A DNA stretch of 64,000 nucleotides from a virus (IMGVR_UViG_3300020360_000085:160001-224000), one strand, 5' to 3'; shown: positions 47,261-56,105, numbered from the stretch's first letter. Program-made: numbers and translations. Notes: generated from the sequence alone by a model not told the origin.

Positions 47261-47276
47261 TATTTATCTATAAATA
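47261..47276. promoter_or_regulatory. back-to-back divergent late promoters
   Basis: TATTTA-tcta-TAAATA; the + copy reads TATAAATA, the exact T4 late consensus. Confidence 0.6.
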
Positions 47277-47281
47277 TTGAT

Positions 47282-48580
47282 ATGATTCAGATAGTAGTAG
47301 AACATATATCAGATAACAGTTTTCTTACTATTAATGACATGGTAGATCATAAAATATCTGAATATTCACGTGTACAAGAAAATAATAACTGGAGAGAAAG
47401 CAACCAATTATCCTGGAATAAAAAATTTTTTAATGGTAAACACTTTAAGGTTATAACTTTAGATGAATATGATAGTAGTATTCCAGCACTTTATCTAGTA
47501 AATTTAAATCATTGTGTAGATAGATTTAATCCTACTTGGGTACGATTATTAAGGGAGGATACTGTAAAATTTTTAAGAACTACAAATATGCCTATAATAT
47601 TATCTCAACCTATAGAGCATACATATGATTTTATTTCTCAGTCGCATGGAGAAAACAGGCTGTCAGAAAGTTTAAATTTTTTAGATCATTTGCTTTGTGA
47701 AAGAGGTTTGCGGACTAATGATATATTAATACATGGCATATCAAAAATACATAGAAAATCTTGGACATTAAATCAAAGAAGACTAACAGACGTATTTTCC
47801 TATCATTTTTTAGACGAAGCAAAAAATTACAATGAATATGGCAACTCTATAAAATTTCAAGAACATGTAGAGAATTTTGATAATAAACAGAAAAAATTTA
47901 TATGTTTAAATAGAGTGCCTAGAGAAATCCGGACTTTATCTTTTTTAAAAAATAGAAAATTTTTAGATAATAGTTATTACACCTTTTTAGGTGAAGAGCC
48001 TCCTTGGAGACAAATGTCACCACATGAACTGAATATCAGATTTGAAGAGTCTTGCAAATCTAATCCTGATTTAGAGTCTTTAATTAAATACAAAAATGAA
48101 ATTATACACATGATACCATTAACATTACCAGGAGACGATACTACAAATCAAAGAGAAAATTCAGATTTAAATCAATATAGAAAACATGTTTGGTACGAAA
48201 TAGTAATGGAAACTCATGATTATTATTATCACAATATTCCTATGTCTATATTATCTGAAAAAATTACATGGCCTATTTTAAATCATTTGCCATTTTTTAC
48301 TGTTGGACATCGTATGAATAGTTCATTTTTAGAGAAATTAGGATTTCAAACATTTGATGATATATTTTTTACTCCAGGAGAATATAGACATACAGGCACA
48401 GATGTTTCAGAACTTTTAAATTGCATACACGATGCAATAGAAAATTTTAATAGTAAATGTAATAAAGAAACTTTTATGGAATTAAAAGAAAGGCTAGAAT
48501 ACAATTATAATCATTTGGTGCAAACAGATTGGTATGAAAGAGAAAAGAACGATTTGTTAAATCCATGGGGATTATATTAA
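47282..48580 (+). CDS. putative GT10-like glycosyltransferase-family phage protein
   Basis: YEIVMET...LSEKITWPI..HLPFFTVG...LEKLGFQTFDD; paralogue of 12229-13365; ATG at 47282. Confidence 0.45.
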   Translation: MIQIVVEHISDNSFLTINDMVDHKISEYSRVQENNNWRESNQLSWNKKFFNGKHFKVITLDEYDSSIPALYLVNLNHCVDRFNPTWVRLLREDTVKFLRTTNMPIILSQPIEHTYDFISQSHGENRLSESLNFLDHLLCERGLRTNDILIHGISKIHRKSWTLNQRRLTDVFSYHFLDEAKNYNEYGNSIKFQEHVENFDNKQKKFICLNRVPREIRTLSFLKNRKFLDNSYYTFLGEEPPWRQMSPHELNIRFEESCKSNPDLESLIKYKNEIIHMIPLTLPGDDTTNQRENSDLNQYRKHVWYEIVMETHDYYYHNIPMSILSEKITWPILNHLPFFTVGHRMNSSFLEKLGFQTFDDIFFTPGEYRHTGTDVSELLNCIHDAIENFNSKCNKETFMELKERLEYNYNHLVQTDWYEREKNDLLNPWGLY

Positions 48581-49389
48581 TCGCTATATCTAAAATTATA
48601 CATATTATCATTACTCATTTGTTTTGATATTAAACTACCTATTCTTTTACCACGTAATTTATTAAACTCCTTAACTTTTCTATTATCTTCTTGACTTGTT
48701 AAAACCAATTTGCTTTCTAGTTCTTCTGCGTATTCATCAGATATAGCAAACTCAGGACATATACTTTTTAGATATTGATTATGCATAGTTATAGTAGGAT
48801 GTGCGTCTACAACATCAGTATCTTCATAACTATACCCTGAAAAGAAAGGTTGTTCATGTAAGTATGTATAAAATCCTTTTTTATCTAACTCAAATAAACT
48901 TTCTAATGCATCTATATAGAAATCTAATTCTATACTTTCATAATTCTGTCTTAATTTATTTGTATCAAATCCTTTAAACAAATAAAAATTTATACCTTTA
49001 GATTTACAAATTTCCTTTATAGACTTTAAACTTGCGTAACTTTGCATTAAACAATAAGCATTACTATATGTGTACTTTAAAAAATCTTCTGAAAATTTAC
49101 CTTCCTGCCAAACATTACCGTTGCCTTGCCAACCCCAACTACCAAGTTTACCTTCATGAGGTAGCCATACATCATGTCTTACAAAAGAGGAGGACATTAA
49201 CATAACTGTATCTCCTTCTCCTAAGTTAAGAATAGTATCTGCTTCATTAAATATCACATGCATAAATCCGTGACCAGATCCTGCATTACCCAGATTAAAA
49301 TATTCATCAAAATGTGTGCCTGCCATGTCGGCCCATGTGGGATAAACGTATTCGGTAAGACTACAGCCAATAGTAATTAATCTACTCAT
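48577..49389 (-). CDS. SGNH-like hypothetical protein
   Basis: ITIGCSLT, NLGNAGSG, C-terminal DAHPT (DxxH-like). Confidence 0.5.
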   Translation of the reverse strand: MSRLITIGCSLTEYVYPTWADMAGTHFDEYFNLGNAGSGHGFMHVIFNEADTILNLGEGDTVMLMSSSFVRHDVWLPHEGKLGSWGWQGNGNVWQEGKFSEDFLKYTYSNAYCLMQSYASLKSIKEICKSKGINFYLFKGFDTNKLRQNYESIELDFYIDALESLFELDKKGFYTYLHEQPFFSGYSYEDTDVVDAHPTITMHNQYLKSICPEFAISDEYAEELESKLVLTSQEDNRKVKEFNKLRGKRIGSLISKQMSNDNMYNFRYSD

Positions 49390-49401
49390 ACAAGTATTTA
49401 G

Positions 49402-50061
49402 TTACTTGTCTTCTACTATTTTAATTCTATTGAGTATTGTTTCTTGTCCGTTGTGATAACGGCCTCTTTTTTGATCTTTAACATAGCCTTCAACTTGAAT
49501 TGTTTTGCCTACGTTTTGCATGTTGCTAGAAAAGAACTTTACAATATGTTTATTATCAACACTAGAAGTAATTAAATAACTCATTGTCCTAGGTATGTAT
49601 CTGCAAAATTCTACTTTTAAACTAAATTTACCACGTTTGTTAAGTGTACCAACAGGCTGACTAGATCTTGATAAAACATTTTCTCTGTCAGTCCAGTTAT
49701 CTTGCTCTAGTTTATTGTAATAAACTTTAGGCAAACTAGATGCAATACCTATTTTATCTTTTTCTATATTTTCGCTTGTAACTAATTTGAGAACATTACG
49801 TTCAAAATCAGTTAGTTCTCGTTCTATTGCTTTAAAAGATAGACCTTTAAGATAATCAATAATAGTGTTAGCCATTTCACGATCTTCTTCAGTAATTGCT
49901 AAAAAGAACTTTTCTCTGTAAAAATGATCATATAGTAAATCACTATTGCTTTTTGAATTTTGGTATTTAAGATCGAACTTAACTTGATCTTTTTTAAGAA
50001 AACCTTTGTTTAGTCTATGTGCCGCCGCACTTGCTGATAATACTTCTATTGTTGGGAACAT
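49402..50061 (-). CDS. early hypothetical protein, possible C-terminal OB fold
   Basis: First gene after a strong promoter; beta-rich C-terminus. Confidence 0.6.
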   Translation of the reverse strand: MFPTIEVLSASAAAHRLNKGFLKKDQVKFDLKYQNSKSNSDLLYDHFYREKFFLAITEEDREMANTIIDYLKGLSFKAIERELTDFERNVLKLVTSENIEKDKIGIASSLPKVYYNKLEQDNWTDRENVLSRSSQPVGTLNKRGKFSLKVEFCRYIPRTMSYLITSSVDNKHIVKFFSSNMQNVGKTIQVEGYVKDQKRGRYHNGQETILNRIKIVEDK

Positions 50062-50093
50062 TCTTCTCTTTTTCCTTACCTTACTATATATTT

Positions 50094-50121
50094 ATTATAG
50101 CAAAAAAAGAGAGTATGTCAA
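50094..50121 (-). promoter_or_regulatory. sigma70-like promoter TTGACA-N16-TATAAT
   Basis: -35 at 50116-50121, -10 at 50094-50099, TGC extension; RBS AAGGTAAGGA. Confidence 0.8.
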
Positions 50122-50128
50122 GTATTTT

Positions 50129-50473
50129 TTAAGATTTTTCTGGAAATATTTTTGATAATATATCGTCAGAGCCTTTGTTTAAAAAGCCTTTAACGTTGTT
50201 AAGATCTAATATAATTTCTATTATTTCAAGATGACCATCGTAACTGTAGTCAACATCTTTAATAATATCTAAAGGATCATTTAATGATATAGTTTTTGGA
50301 ATATCTGACTTAGGTATTTCAAATACAAAATTGTCATCGTAACAAAAAGAAATACTGTAAATAAAATCACAAGGCAAAGACTTAGGAAAGAGATCTTTAA
50401 TTAAACTTTGAAGATTCTCTCCTTCGTCTGTCCTTTTGCCCATGAGCACTATTTTGGTGCTCTTTCTAGTCAT
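50129..50473 (-). CDS. hypothetical protein
   Basis: TAATG-coupled ORF. Confidence 0.55.
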   Translation of the reverse strand: MTRKSTKIVLMGKRTDEGENLQSLIKDLFPKSLPCDFIYSISFCYDDNFVFEIPKSDIPKTISLNDPLDIIKDVDYSYDGHLEIIEIILDLNNVKGFLNKGSDDILSKIFPEKS

Positions 50474-51048
50474 TATTTGGCTTTAGATTTTTTAGGCTTT
50501 AAACTAGGATCTAGTTTATATGCTTCTGCTTTTTTACTCTCTGCGTCTTCCATTAGTTGTTTAGCATCTTGTTCAATCATTTCTGCTTGTACTAATAGTC
50601 CTTCTGCCGCACTGGCATCTCCTGTAACCTCTACTGGGTTTGGAGTTTGCAAAGTGTCAGGATCAACATCAACATTTAATGGTGGATTAGATCCTGTTTC
50701 TAATTTGTTAATTTCAGCATTAACTTCCTGTAATGATATTTTTTGGCTAGGTGTAGGAGTCAAAAATACCATATCAACTGGAACTTTAATTAACTTTTTA
50801 CTAAAATGTAAATCATTAAGTATATTAGTACCGTCACTAAACTGACGTCTTGATAAAACTTCAGATACATTATTAGATTCTTGTGCTTCTAAACTAGCAA
50901 CAATATTCATTAAATCGTCGTGTTTAGAATCTTCAAGTGATGCTGATTCAACAATTAAGCAGTTATCTGGTTCATTAGGAACTTCCCTGAATACAACTAC
51001 GCAAGGTTTTTCTCCATAAGAACCGACATGTTTCATTAATTCTGCCAT
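50473..51048 (-). CDS. hypothetical protein
   Basis: MAELMKHVG...VVFREVP; C-terminal coiled coil. Confidence 0.7.
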   Translation of the reverse strand: MAELMKHVGSYGEKPCVVVFREVPNEPDNCLIVESASLEDSKHDDLMNIVASLEAQESNNVSEVLSRRQFSDGTNILNDLHFSKKLIKVPVDMVFLTPTPSQKISLQEVNAEINKLETGSNPPLNVDVDPDTLQTPNPVEVTGDASAAEGLLVQAEMIEQDAKQLMEDAESKKAEAYKLDPSLKPKKSKAK

Positions 51049-51049
51049 A

Positions 51050-51355
51050 TTATTCTCCGTCGTTTGACTCTACAGGTGCTTCTGCTGGTGCTTCACCATC
51101 TGCTTCTTGAGCCTGAGTCTGTTGCTCTGCAACGTACCCTAAAAAATTACTTAGTTTATCGTACACACCACCAACTTGTGATAGTTCGTTGCCTCTAAAG
51201 GCACCTCTTTGTGTTGCTAAATCTACAATCTGTGCTAACAGTTGCAAATCATTTAAACCAATACTCTCTGGTACTTGTTGTCCTTCTTCAGCAGAAACTT
51301 CTGGAGCAATTTGCTCCTCTACTTCCGCTTCATTTGAAATTTGTTCTTCAGCCAT
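51050..51355 (-). CDS. hypothetical protein
   Basis: Acidic termini; IVDLATQRGAFRGNELSQVG core; RBS AAGGAG. Confidence 0.7.
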   Translation of the reverse strand: MAEEQISNEAEVEEQIAPEVSAEEGQQVPESIGLNDLQLLAQIVDLATQRGAFRGNELSQVGGVYDKLSNFLGYVAEQQTQAQEADGEAPAEAPVESNDGE

Positions 51356-51416
51356 TATAACTCCTTATTAATATTTATATTTAACTTAATGGTAATTAAG
51401 GTTGTAGGAAAAATGG

Positions 51417-51710
51417 TTAGTTTTCTTTTCCTATTTCTTTTATACCTTTATCTGTATTGTAAAAGTGTATAAAATTTTGCATATCTAAGGGACTTTCAAA
51501 ATAAACATAATATGTTACATGGCCATATACATTATCACTTTGATAATATACTAAAAATTCAGGAACTTCTTTAATATAGTCTACTATATCTAAGACAGAA
51601 TCTTTAGAACTCTCTACACGAACTTTGTGCCTTAACATAGTAATATATAATTCATTACCATGTAAATTTTCCCAATCATTATCACTAAGGCAAGTCGTTC
51701 GATGTATCAT
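51417..51710 (-). CDS. hypothetical protein
   Basis: ORF overlapping the upstream gene end. Confidence 0.5.
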   Translation of the reverse strand: MIHRTTCLSDNDWENLHGNELYITMLRHKVRVESSKDSVLDIVDYIKEVPEFLVYYQSDNVYGHVTYYVYFESPLDMQNFIHFYNTDKGIKEIGKEN

Positions 51711-52338
51711 ACAATCCCTCAGGTGGATAAGAAATATAATATATTTCTCTTTCTTCTTTTATTATGCCATATAACCAACTTTTGTCTTTAGTTACCTCTG
51801 TTATAAGTGTAGCAATATATCTAGGCCAGCCTACCACATCTTTAATATGTGCTGGACAAATACCATATGAATCGATACCATTTGCTCTTTGATTTTGTAT
51901 AATTTGGTAATCTACTGCTCGTTGCATTTTATATGTTAGTAAATTTTTAAATTCAGGATTTGTGTCTTTTGCAATTTGGCTAGTGATATGTGCTATTTCT
52001 CCTTTAAAATTATTTTCTATAAGCCAATCAAACACAAATACTTTAAAAAAATTAGTGTCTAAATTGTTTTGATACCATTCATTAAAAATTATTTTTTGCG
52101 TATCAACATTTTGATTATGTATAGGATGATTTAATTCGAAAGGTACACCAACATTAATATTAAACACAACATAGTCAGGAAAAGGTAAATTTTCTTTTGC
52201 TTGTTCTATAAATTCGGCAGGGTTTGTATAATTTACATTTTCCCTGCCTAATTGTGTTACTTTATGACCGTCCTCATGCCATTGGTCTACCATATGCTGA
52301 CTAAAGTCTGAACTTTTGCCAAATAACCAAATGTTCAT
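51685..52338 (-). CDS. degenerate SDR/Rossmann-like protein
   Basis: MNIWLFGKSSDFSQ...GHKVTQLGR, YVVFNIN, HITS, TYKMQR (YxxxK not intact). Confidence 0.45.
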   Translation of the reverse strand: MNIWLFGKSSDFSQHMVDQWHEDGHKVTQLGRENVNYTNPAEFIEQAKENLPFPDYVVFNINVGVPFELNHPIHNQNVDTQKIIFNEWYQNNLDTNFFKVFVFDWLIENNFKGEIAHITSQIAKDTNPEFKNLLTYKMQRAVDYQIIQNQRANGIDSYGICPAHIKDVVGWPRYIATLITEVTKDKSWLYGIIKEEREIYYISYPPEGLYDTSNDLP

Positions 52339-53675
52339 TCTTCGTCTTTTCTAGTATAAGGAATAGTTATTCCAAATGGTGCTTCAGGACTTCTGTCTCC
52401 ATAACCACCATGCACAATAAACAATGTATCACAGTAATGCTCATCTCCCCAACTTCCATAAGGATAGCCGTCAGTAAACATTACATGCTTCTTAGGAGTA
52501 ATACCGTTTTCTTTCATGTAATCAAATACACAATCAAAATCAGTACCGCCACCACCATGCAGTTCGTATTCCATAAACTCGCCCATGTTACCCTGATCAA
52601 ATACTTGAGGGTTGTAAACATCTGTATCAAAACAAACTAAATGTATTTTAAAGTCTGTGTATTGGTCCATAACACCTTTAACTTCTCCTAAAAAGTCTCT
52701 AGCCATATCGTCAAATATAGAACCTGACATATCCATGGATACAAAAATATCTATTGTTGTTTCCCTATCTAATCCAGGAAAGTAGTAACCTTCTTCTCTA
52801 CCTTTTCTGCTAGGAGTTTGCATAGTGTAATCACTTCTCATAACACTTTGTATTTGCATAGCAAGTAATTGTCTCCAATCAAGTTGTGGATTCAAAAACT
52901 TATCTAGCAATCTTTTTACTCCGCCTGGCAAGTTACCAGCACCTGCCGCCTTGGCGGCCTGCATAGTAGCATTCTGGAACTCTTGTTTTATTTGTTCTTT
53001 TTCTTCAGCAGTATATTGTGCAGGACCGTCTTTGCCTTCCTCGTCTCCATCTGAATTGCCTTTGTTTACAGAGTCAGGACTTGCATCGTCACCTTCCTCT
53101 CTATCTAAATGCACATCAAAAGTATCTTGATTTACTTCAATAATTTGTCCATTTTCCTGCATTTCGTCAAAAAGTTCATCGTAAATTTCTTCAGATATTT
53201 TACCTCTGTATTTCCAATCATGACATATTTGCACAATTTTTATTTCTTCGCCTACTCTAGCATCAATAAGATCAGCATTAATAACATAATCGTTTGCTAT
53301 GTTCCATAATACAGGATGTCTGTCTCCTCTCCTAGTAACATCCATATGATCATATACACAATGTAAAACTTCGTGACCCATAAGGAATACAGTTTCTTCA
53401 TCGCTTAAAGCACCTACAAAATGCTTGTTGTAATAAAAATATTTGCCGTCAGTTGCGGCTGTAGGACACCATTCTGTAGCATCTTTAAGGATTAGTCTAG
53501 TTGCTAAGTTGCCAAAGAAAGGTGCTGACATCAGCATTTCTATTCTGGCTTTAATAAGTTTATCTAGTATTTCCTCATCAGAAAGACTAGTTTCTGGTAT
53601 ATCTACTAATGTTTTACTAGATCTATCAGAAGCATTACCTTTTGCTTTTGGTGTTTTATCTAAAATATCTGTCAT
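52335..53675 (-). CDS. VWA-domain metallopeptidase-like protein (DUF2201-like)
   Basis: AATDG and HEVLH (HExxH); VWA MIDAS-like DMSGS, GGGTDF, FTDGY. Confidence 0.85.
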   Translation of the reverse strand: MTDILDKTPKAKGNASDRSSKTLVDIPETSLSDEEILDKLIKARIEMLMSAPFFGNLATRLILKDATEWCPTAATDGKYFYYNKHFVGALSDEETVFLMGHEVLHCVYDHMDVTRRGDRHPVLWNIANDYVINADLIDARVGEEIKIVQICHDWKYRGKISEEIYDELFDEMQENGQIIEVNQDTFDVHLDREEGDDASPDSVNKGNSDGDEEGKDGPAQYTAEEKEQIKQEFQNATMQAAKAAGAGNLPGGVKRLLDKFLNPQLDWRQLLAMQIQSVMRSDYTMQTPSRKGREEGYYFPGLDRETTIDIFVSMDMSGSIFDDMARDFLGEVKGVMDQYTDFKIHLVCFDTDVYNPQVFDQGNMGEFMEYELHGGGGTDFDCVFDYMKENGITPKKHVMFTDGYPYGSWGDEHYCDTLFIVHGGYGDRSPEAPFGITIPYTRKDEE

Positions 53676-53699
53676 AAGTTACTCCTAACTATGTATAAT

Positions 53700-53727
53700 A
53701 GTATAGCAAAATTCACAGATATGTCAA
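53700..53727 (-). promoter_or_regulatory. sigma70-like promoter TTGACA-N16-TATACT
   Basis: -35 at 53722-53727, -10 at 53700-53705, TGC extension. Confidence 0.75.
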
Positions 53728-53746
53728 GTAGTTTTTTCATTTATTT

Positions 53747-53878
53747 TACCCTAATCAGAGTTGTCGCCTATTCGTTTTACCGCGTCGGAGAATCTAGATC
53801 ACGGAGTGTCTACGATTCGATAGTTGCCCAGCCAACTACCTCGTTTGCCCTGTCAAACGAACAAGTGCTAATAGGGTA
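53747..53878 (-). ncRNA. candidate structured ncRNA (multi-hairpin, about 48% GC)
   Basis: Non-coding GC island with hairpins TCGTTTG/CAAACGA, GTAGTTG/CAACTAT and GAATC-TAGA-CAC/GTG-TCTA-GATTC, flanked by TACCCTA/TAGGGTA; own TTGACA-N16-TACCCT promoter. Confidence 0.6.
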
Positions 53879-53900
53879 GCATGAATTTTTTATTTGTCAA
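53873..53900 (-). promoter_or_regulatory. sigma70-like promoter TTGACA-N16-TACCCT for the candidate RNA
   Basis: -35 at 53895-53900, -10 at 53873-53878 with TGC extension; same geometry as the other nine. Confidence 0.55.
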
Positions 53901-53909
53901 GTCTTTTTA

Positions 53910-54374
53910 CTAGATTATTTGTATATTGTGGTATAGTAAATCTTTATCGTCTTGGTGAGGATTTGTTAAAGGCATAATACAACATAACTCTCTTTTAACA
54001 TAATAATTAATATTAGGGAGAGATTTTTGTAATCTGGTAACTGCACTATGAACACACATTCCATAATGCATTCCACAAAATACTATATGGGAATAAATTT
54101 TTGCGTCAATAGTTAATTGATGTATAGTAGAATATCTTGGATAATCTTTATAAAGACTATGTATTGGAGATGTTGCCTCCTGAAATACAACAACATTTTT
54201 AGCATGTTGTATATCGTGGAAAAGTTTATCTAAAAAAAGATGATTATGTTGATTAATATCAATACCTAAATCTAAAAATTCTAATTGGTCTTTTTCAGGC
54301 TGATTTAACCAAGGATCAACAATTACCCATAAGGCGTCTTTTTGTAAAAATTTGTGATCATTGTGTAAATGCAT
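53910..54374 (-). CDS. isochorismatase/cysteine-hydrolase-like hypothetical protein
   Basis: LWVIVDPW ... IVFCGMHYGMCV. Confidence 0.45.
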   Translation of the reverse strand: MHLHNDHKFLQKDALWVIVDPWLNQPEKDQLEFLDLGIDINQHNHLFLDKLFHDIQHAKNVVVFQEATSPIHSLYKDYPRYSTIHQLTIDAKIYSHIVFCGMHYGMCVHSAVTRLQKSLPNINYYVKRELCCIMPLTNPHQDDKDLLYHNIQII

Positions 54375-54394
54375 ACTGATATTTATTGTATGCT

Positions 54395-54424
54395 AAAAAA
54401 ATAAAGCCTTGTCCTGAACAGGTT
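54395..54424 (-). terminator. possible rho-independent terminator
   Basis: Imperfect ACCTGT/ACAAGGC stem followed by TTTATTTTTTT on -. Confidence 0.4.
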
Positions 54425-54436
54425 AAGATTTTTTAA

Positions 54437-54880
54437 TTAGACGCCGTATTTGACATTACCTCTTAAGGCAAAATATAATGCAACTACATATAAACTAACA
54501 TGTAAGTAATCGTATAAAATAACATCTAATAAACTTGCAGGTTTCATTAACCATAAGACTCCTGTAACTACGCAGGTCATTGTGATTGCACTAAATCTAG
54601 TTAATAAATCTCCTAAGTTCCAAATAACAGTTTGCATAAATTCACTAAACCATCTGTGCCATGGCATGACACCAATTAAGCCACCTACTAATAATCCTAT
54701 TGCGGCGCCTATTTCACCAAATGTTACAAACCACCAAACAATATAGGGTAGGTTCCACATCTCTGCTTCTAATCCCATATTTCCATTGTACTTTGCAAAA
54801 CCCTGTTGGAAAAACATTACACTCAATGGAATTCTTAATAAAAATGTGGCTAGTGGTGCCGGTGCTTTTAATATATCCAT
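54437..54880 (-). CDS. DoxX-family membrane protein
   Basis: FLLRIPLSVMFFQQGFAK, GEIGAAIGLLVG, GDLLTRFSA; four TM segments. Confidence 0.7.
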   Translation of the reverse strand: MDILKAPAPLATFLLRIPLSVMFFQQGFAKYNGNMGLEAEMWNLPYIVWWFVTFGEIGAAIGLLVGGLIGVMPWHRWFSEFMQTVIWNLGDLLTRFSAITMTCVVTGVLWLMKPASLLDVILYDYLHVSLYVVALYFALRGNVKYGV

Positions 54881-55476
54881 TATGTCTCCTTATAGGTAAT
54901 TATGTCGTATATTTCTTTCCAATTTTTAATAACTGTAGCATCTCCAATGTAATCCATGTTATGTCCATGCTCTACTAATATGCCATTTAATCCTGCATCT
55001 ATACCCCAATTTACATTTTCAGGCTTGTCTTCTATCCAGTAATTACCAGGATAATTTTCTCCATACTCCTGTAAAATAGTATCTTTGTCTGCGCCTGTGT
55101 CTAAACATATTACATCTATAAATGCATCTCCAAATAGTTTTTTAAGATTTCTTTCTCTTAAATATTTTGCATATGGATCTAAACTTAAACTTGTAATAGC
55201 AATAAATTTATACTGATGTTGCTCATGTAATTTTTTAACAAAAAATTGTGCATCACGTAATGGAGGTAAAAACCCTATTGCGGCACTTTCATTAAATTGC
55301 TTAACTAATTTGTTGCCGGCTTCTGAGGACATGCCATATCGTTGACCAATATTATACAAATACTGATAACCTTCAACTTTTTCATGCCCATGATGTTCCA
55401 TCCAAACTGAGAAACCTTCTTCCCAATCTAGTATTACACCATCACAATCTGTAAGTATTATTTTATCTTTTTTCAT
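54880..55476 (-). CDS. HAD-family 5'(3')-deoxyribonucleotidase-like phosphatase
   Basis: ILTDCDGV (DxDG), AITS, WIEDKPEN. Confidence 0.8.
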   Translation of the reverse strand: MKKDKIILTDCDGVILDWEEGFSVWMEHHGHEKVEGYQYLYNIGQRYGMSSEAGNKLVKQFNESAAIGFLPPLRDAQFFVKKLHEQHQYKFIAITSLSLDPYAKYLRERNLKKLFGDAFIDVICLDTGADKDTILQEYGENYPGNYWIEDKPENVNWGIDAGLNGILVEHGHNMDYIGDATVIKNWKEIYDIITYKET

Positions 55477-55497
55477 AAATTTTTACTCCCATAACTT

Positions 55498-55525
55498 ATT
55501 ATACTAGAAAACAAGTATTTGTCAA
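55498..55525 (-). promoter_or_regulatory. sigma70-like promoter TTGACA-N16-TATAAT
   Basis: -35 at 55520-55525, -10 at 55498-55503; back-to-back with TAAATA at 55537-55542 on +. Confidence 0.75.
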
Positions 55526-55547
55526 GCATAAAAGGTTAAATAGTAAT

Positions 55548-56105
55548 ATGAAAACAATTAACGTATTTCCTAACAGAGTCTTTACAGAAAATCTACAATT
55601 AACTAAAGAGCAAAATGATTCTATATTAGACGAAGTGGATTATCTTGTAGATAGAGAGCAAGTAGATGATACACATTTTGGCTGGATTACACCAAATGGT
55701 AGATCTATGGGAGAGCAAACAGGTAAATTAACCAAATTAGTTGTAAACAGATTTGCAAGTGAAATAACACCTCAATTTAATACAGGAAACAAAAAAATTG
55801 AAATGGCAGATTTAAAACTGTCTATGATAAGACCTGGCCAAGCAGTTCCACATTTTGTAACAAAATATAGTTGGTACACGGCTATAGTATTTTTGCAAAC
55901 CACAAACAGAGGTAGTCATTTATATTTTGATGATATGGGTCCAAGGCACTTTGCAACACCTAAAGGTTTCGACGAATGGTCACATTATATAAAACCCGCA
56001 AAAAACAAAGTTATATATTTTCCAAGTCATTTAATAACAGGATTTACATCTAATGAATCCATGATAAACAATATCACTTTATCACTTAACTTCCTAGTTA
56101 AGTAA
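55548..56105 (+). CDS. 2OG-Fe(II) oxygenase-fold protein, apparently degenerate
   Basis: DSBH pattern (PHF...YTAIVFL...LYFDD...IKP..NKVIYFPSHL), but the HxD/H ligand set and distal His are not intact. Confidence 0.5.
   Translation: MKTINVFPNRVFTENLQLTKEQNDSILDEVDYLVDREQVDDTHFGWITPNGRSMGEQTGKLTKLVVNRFASEITPQFNTGNKKIEMADLKLSMIRPGQAVPHFVTKYSWYTAIVFLQTTNRGSHLYFDDMGPRHFATPKGFDEWSHYIKPAKNKVIYFPSHLITGFTSNESMINNITLSLNFLVK

Noticed and set aside
53805-53830. TTCGA as a tRNA T-loop
   Set aside because: No cloverleaf, anticodon arm or CCA could be built; no tRNA was found anywhere in the window.
53691-53879. 62-aa + strand ORF over the structured region
   Set aside because: No RBS; overlaps a - strand promoter; the GC content and hairpins are better explained by an RNA.
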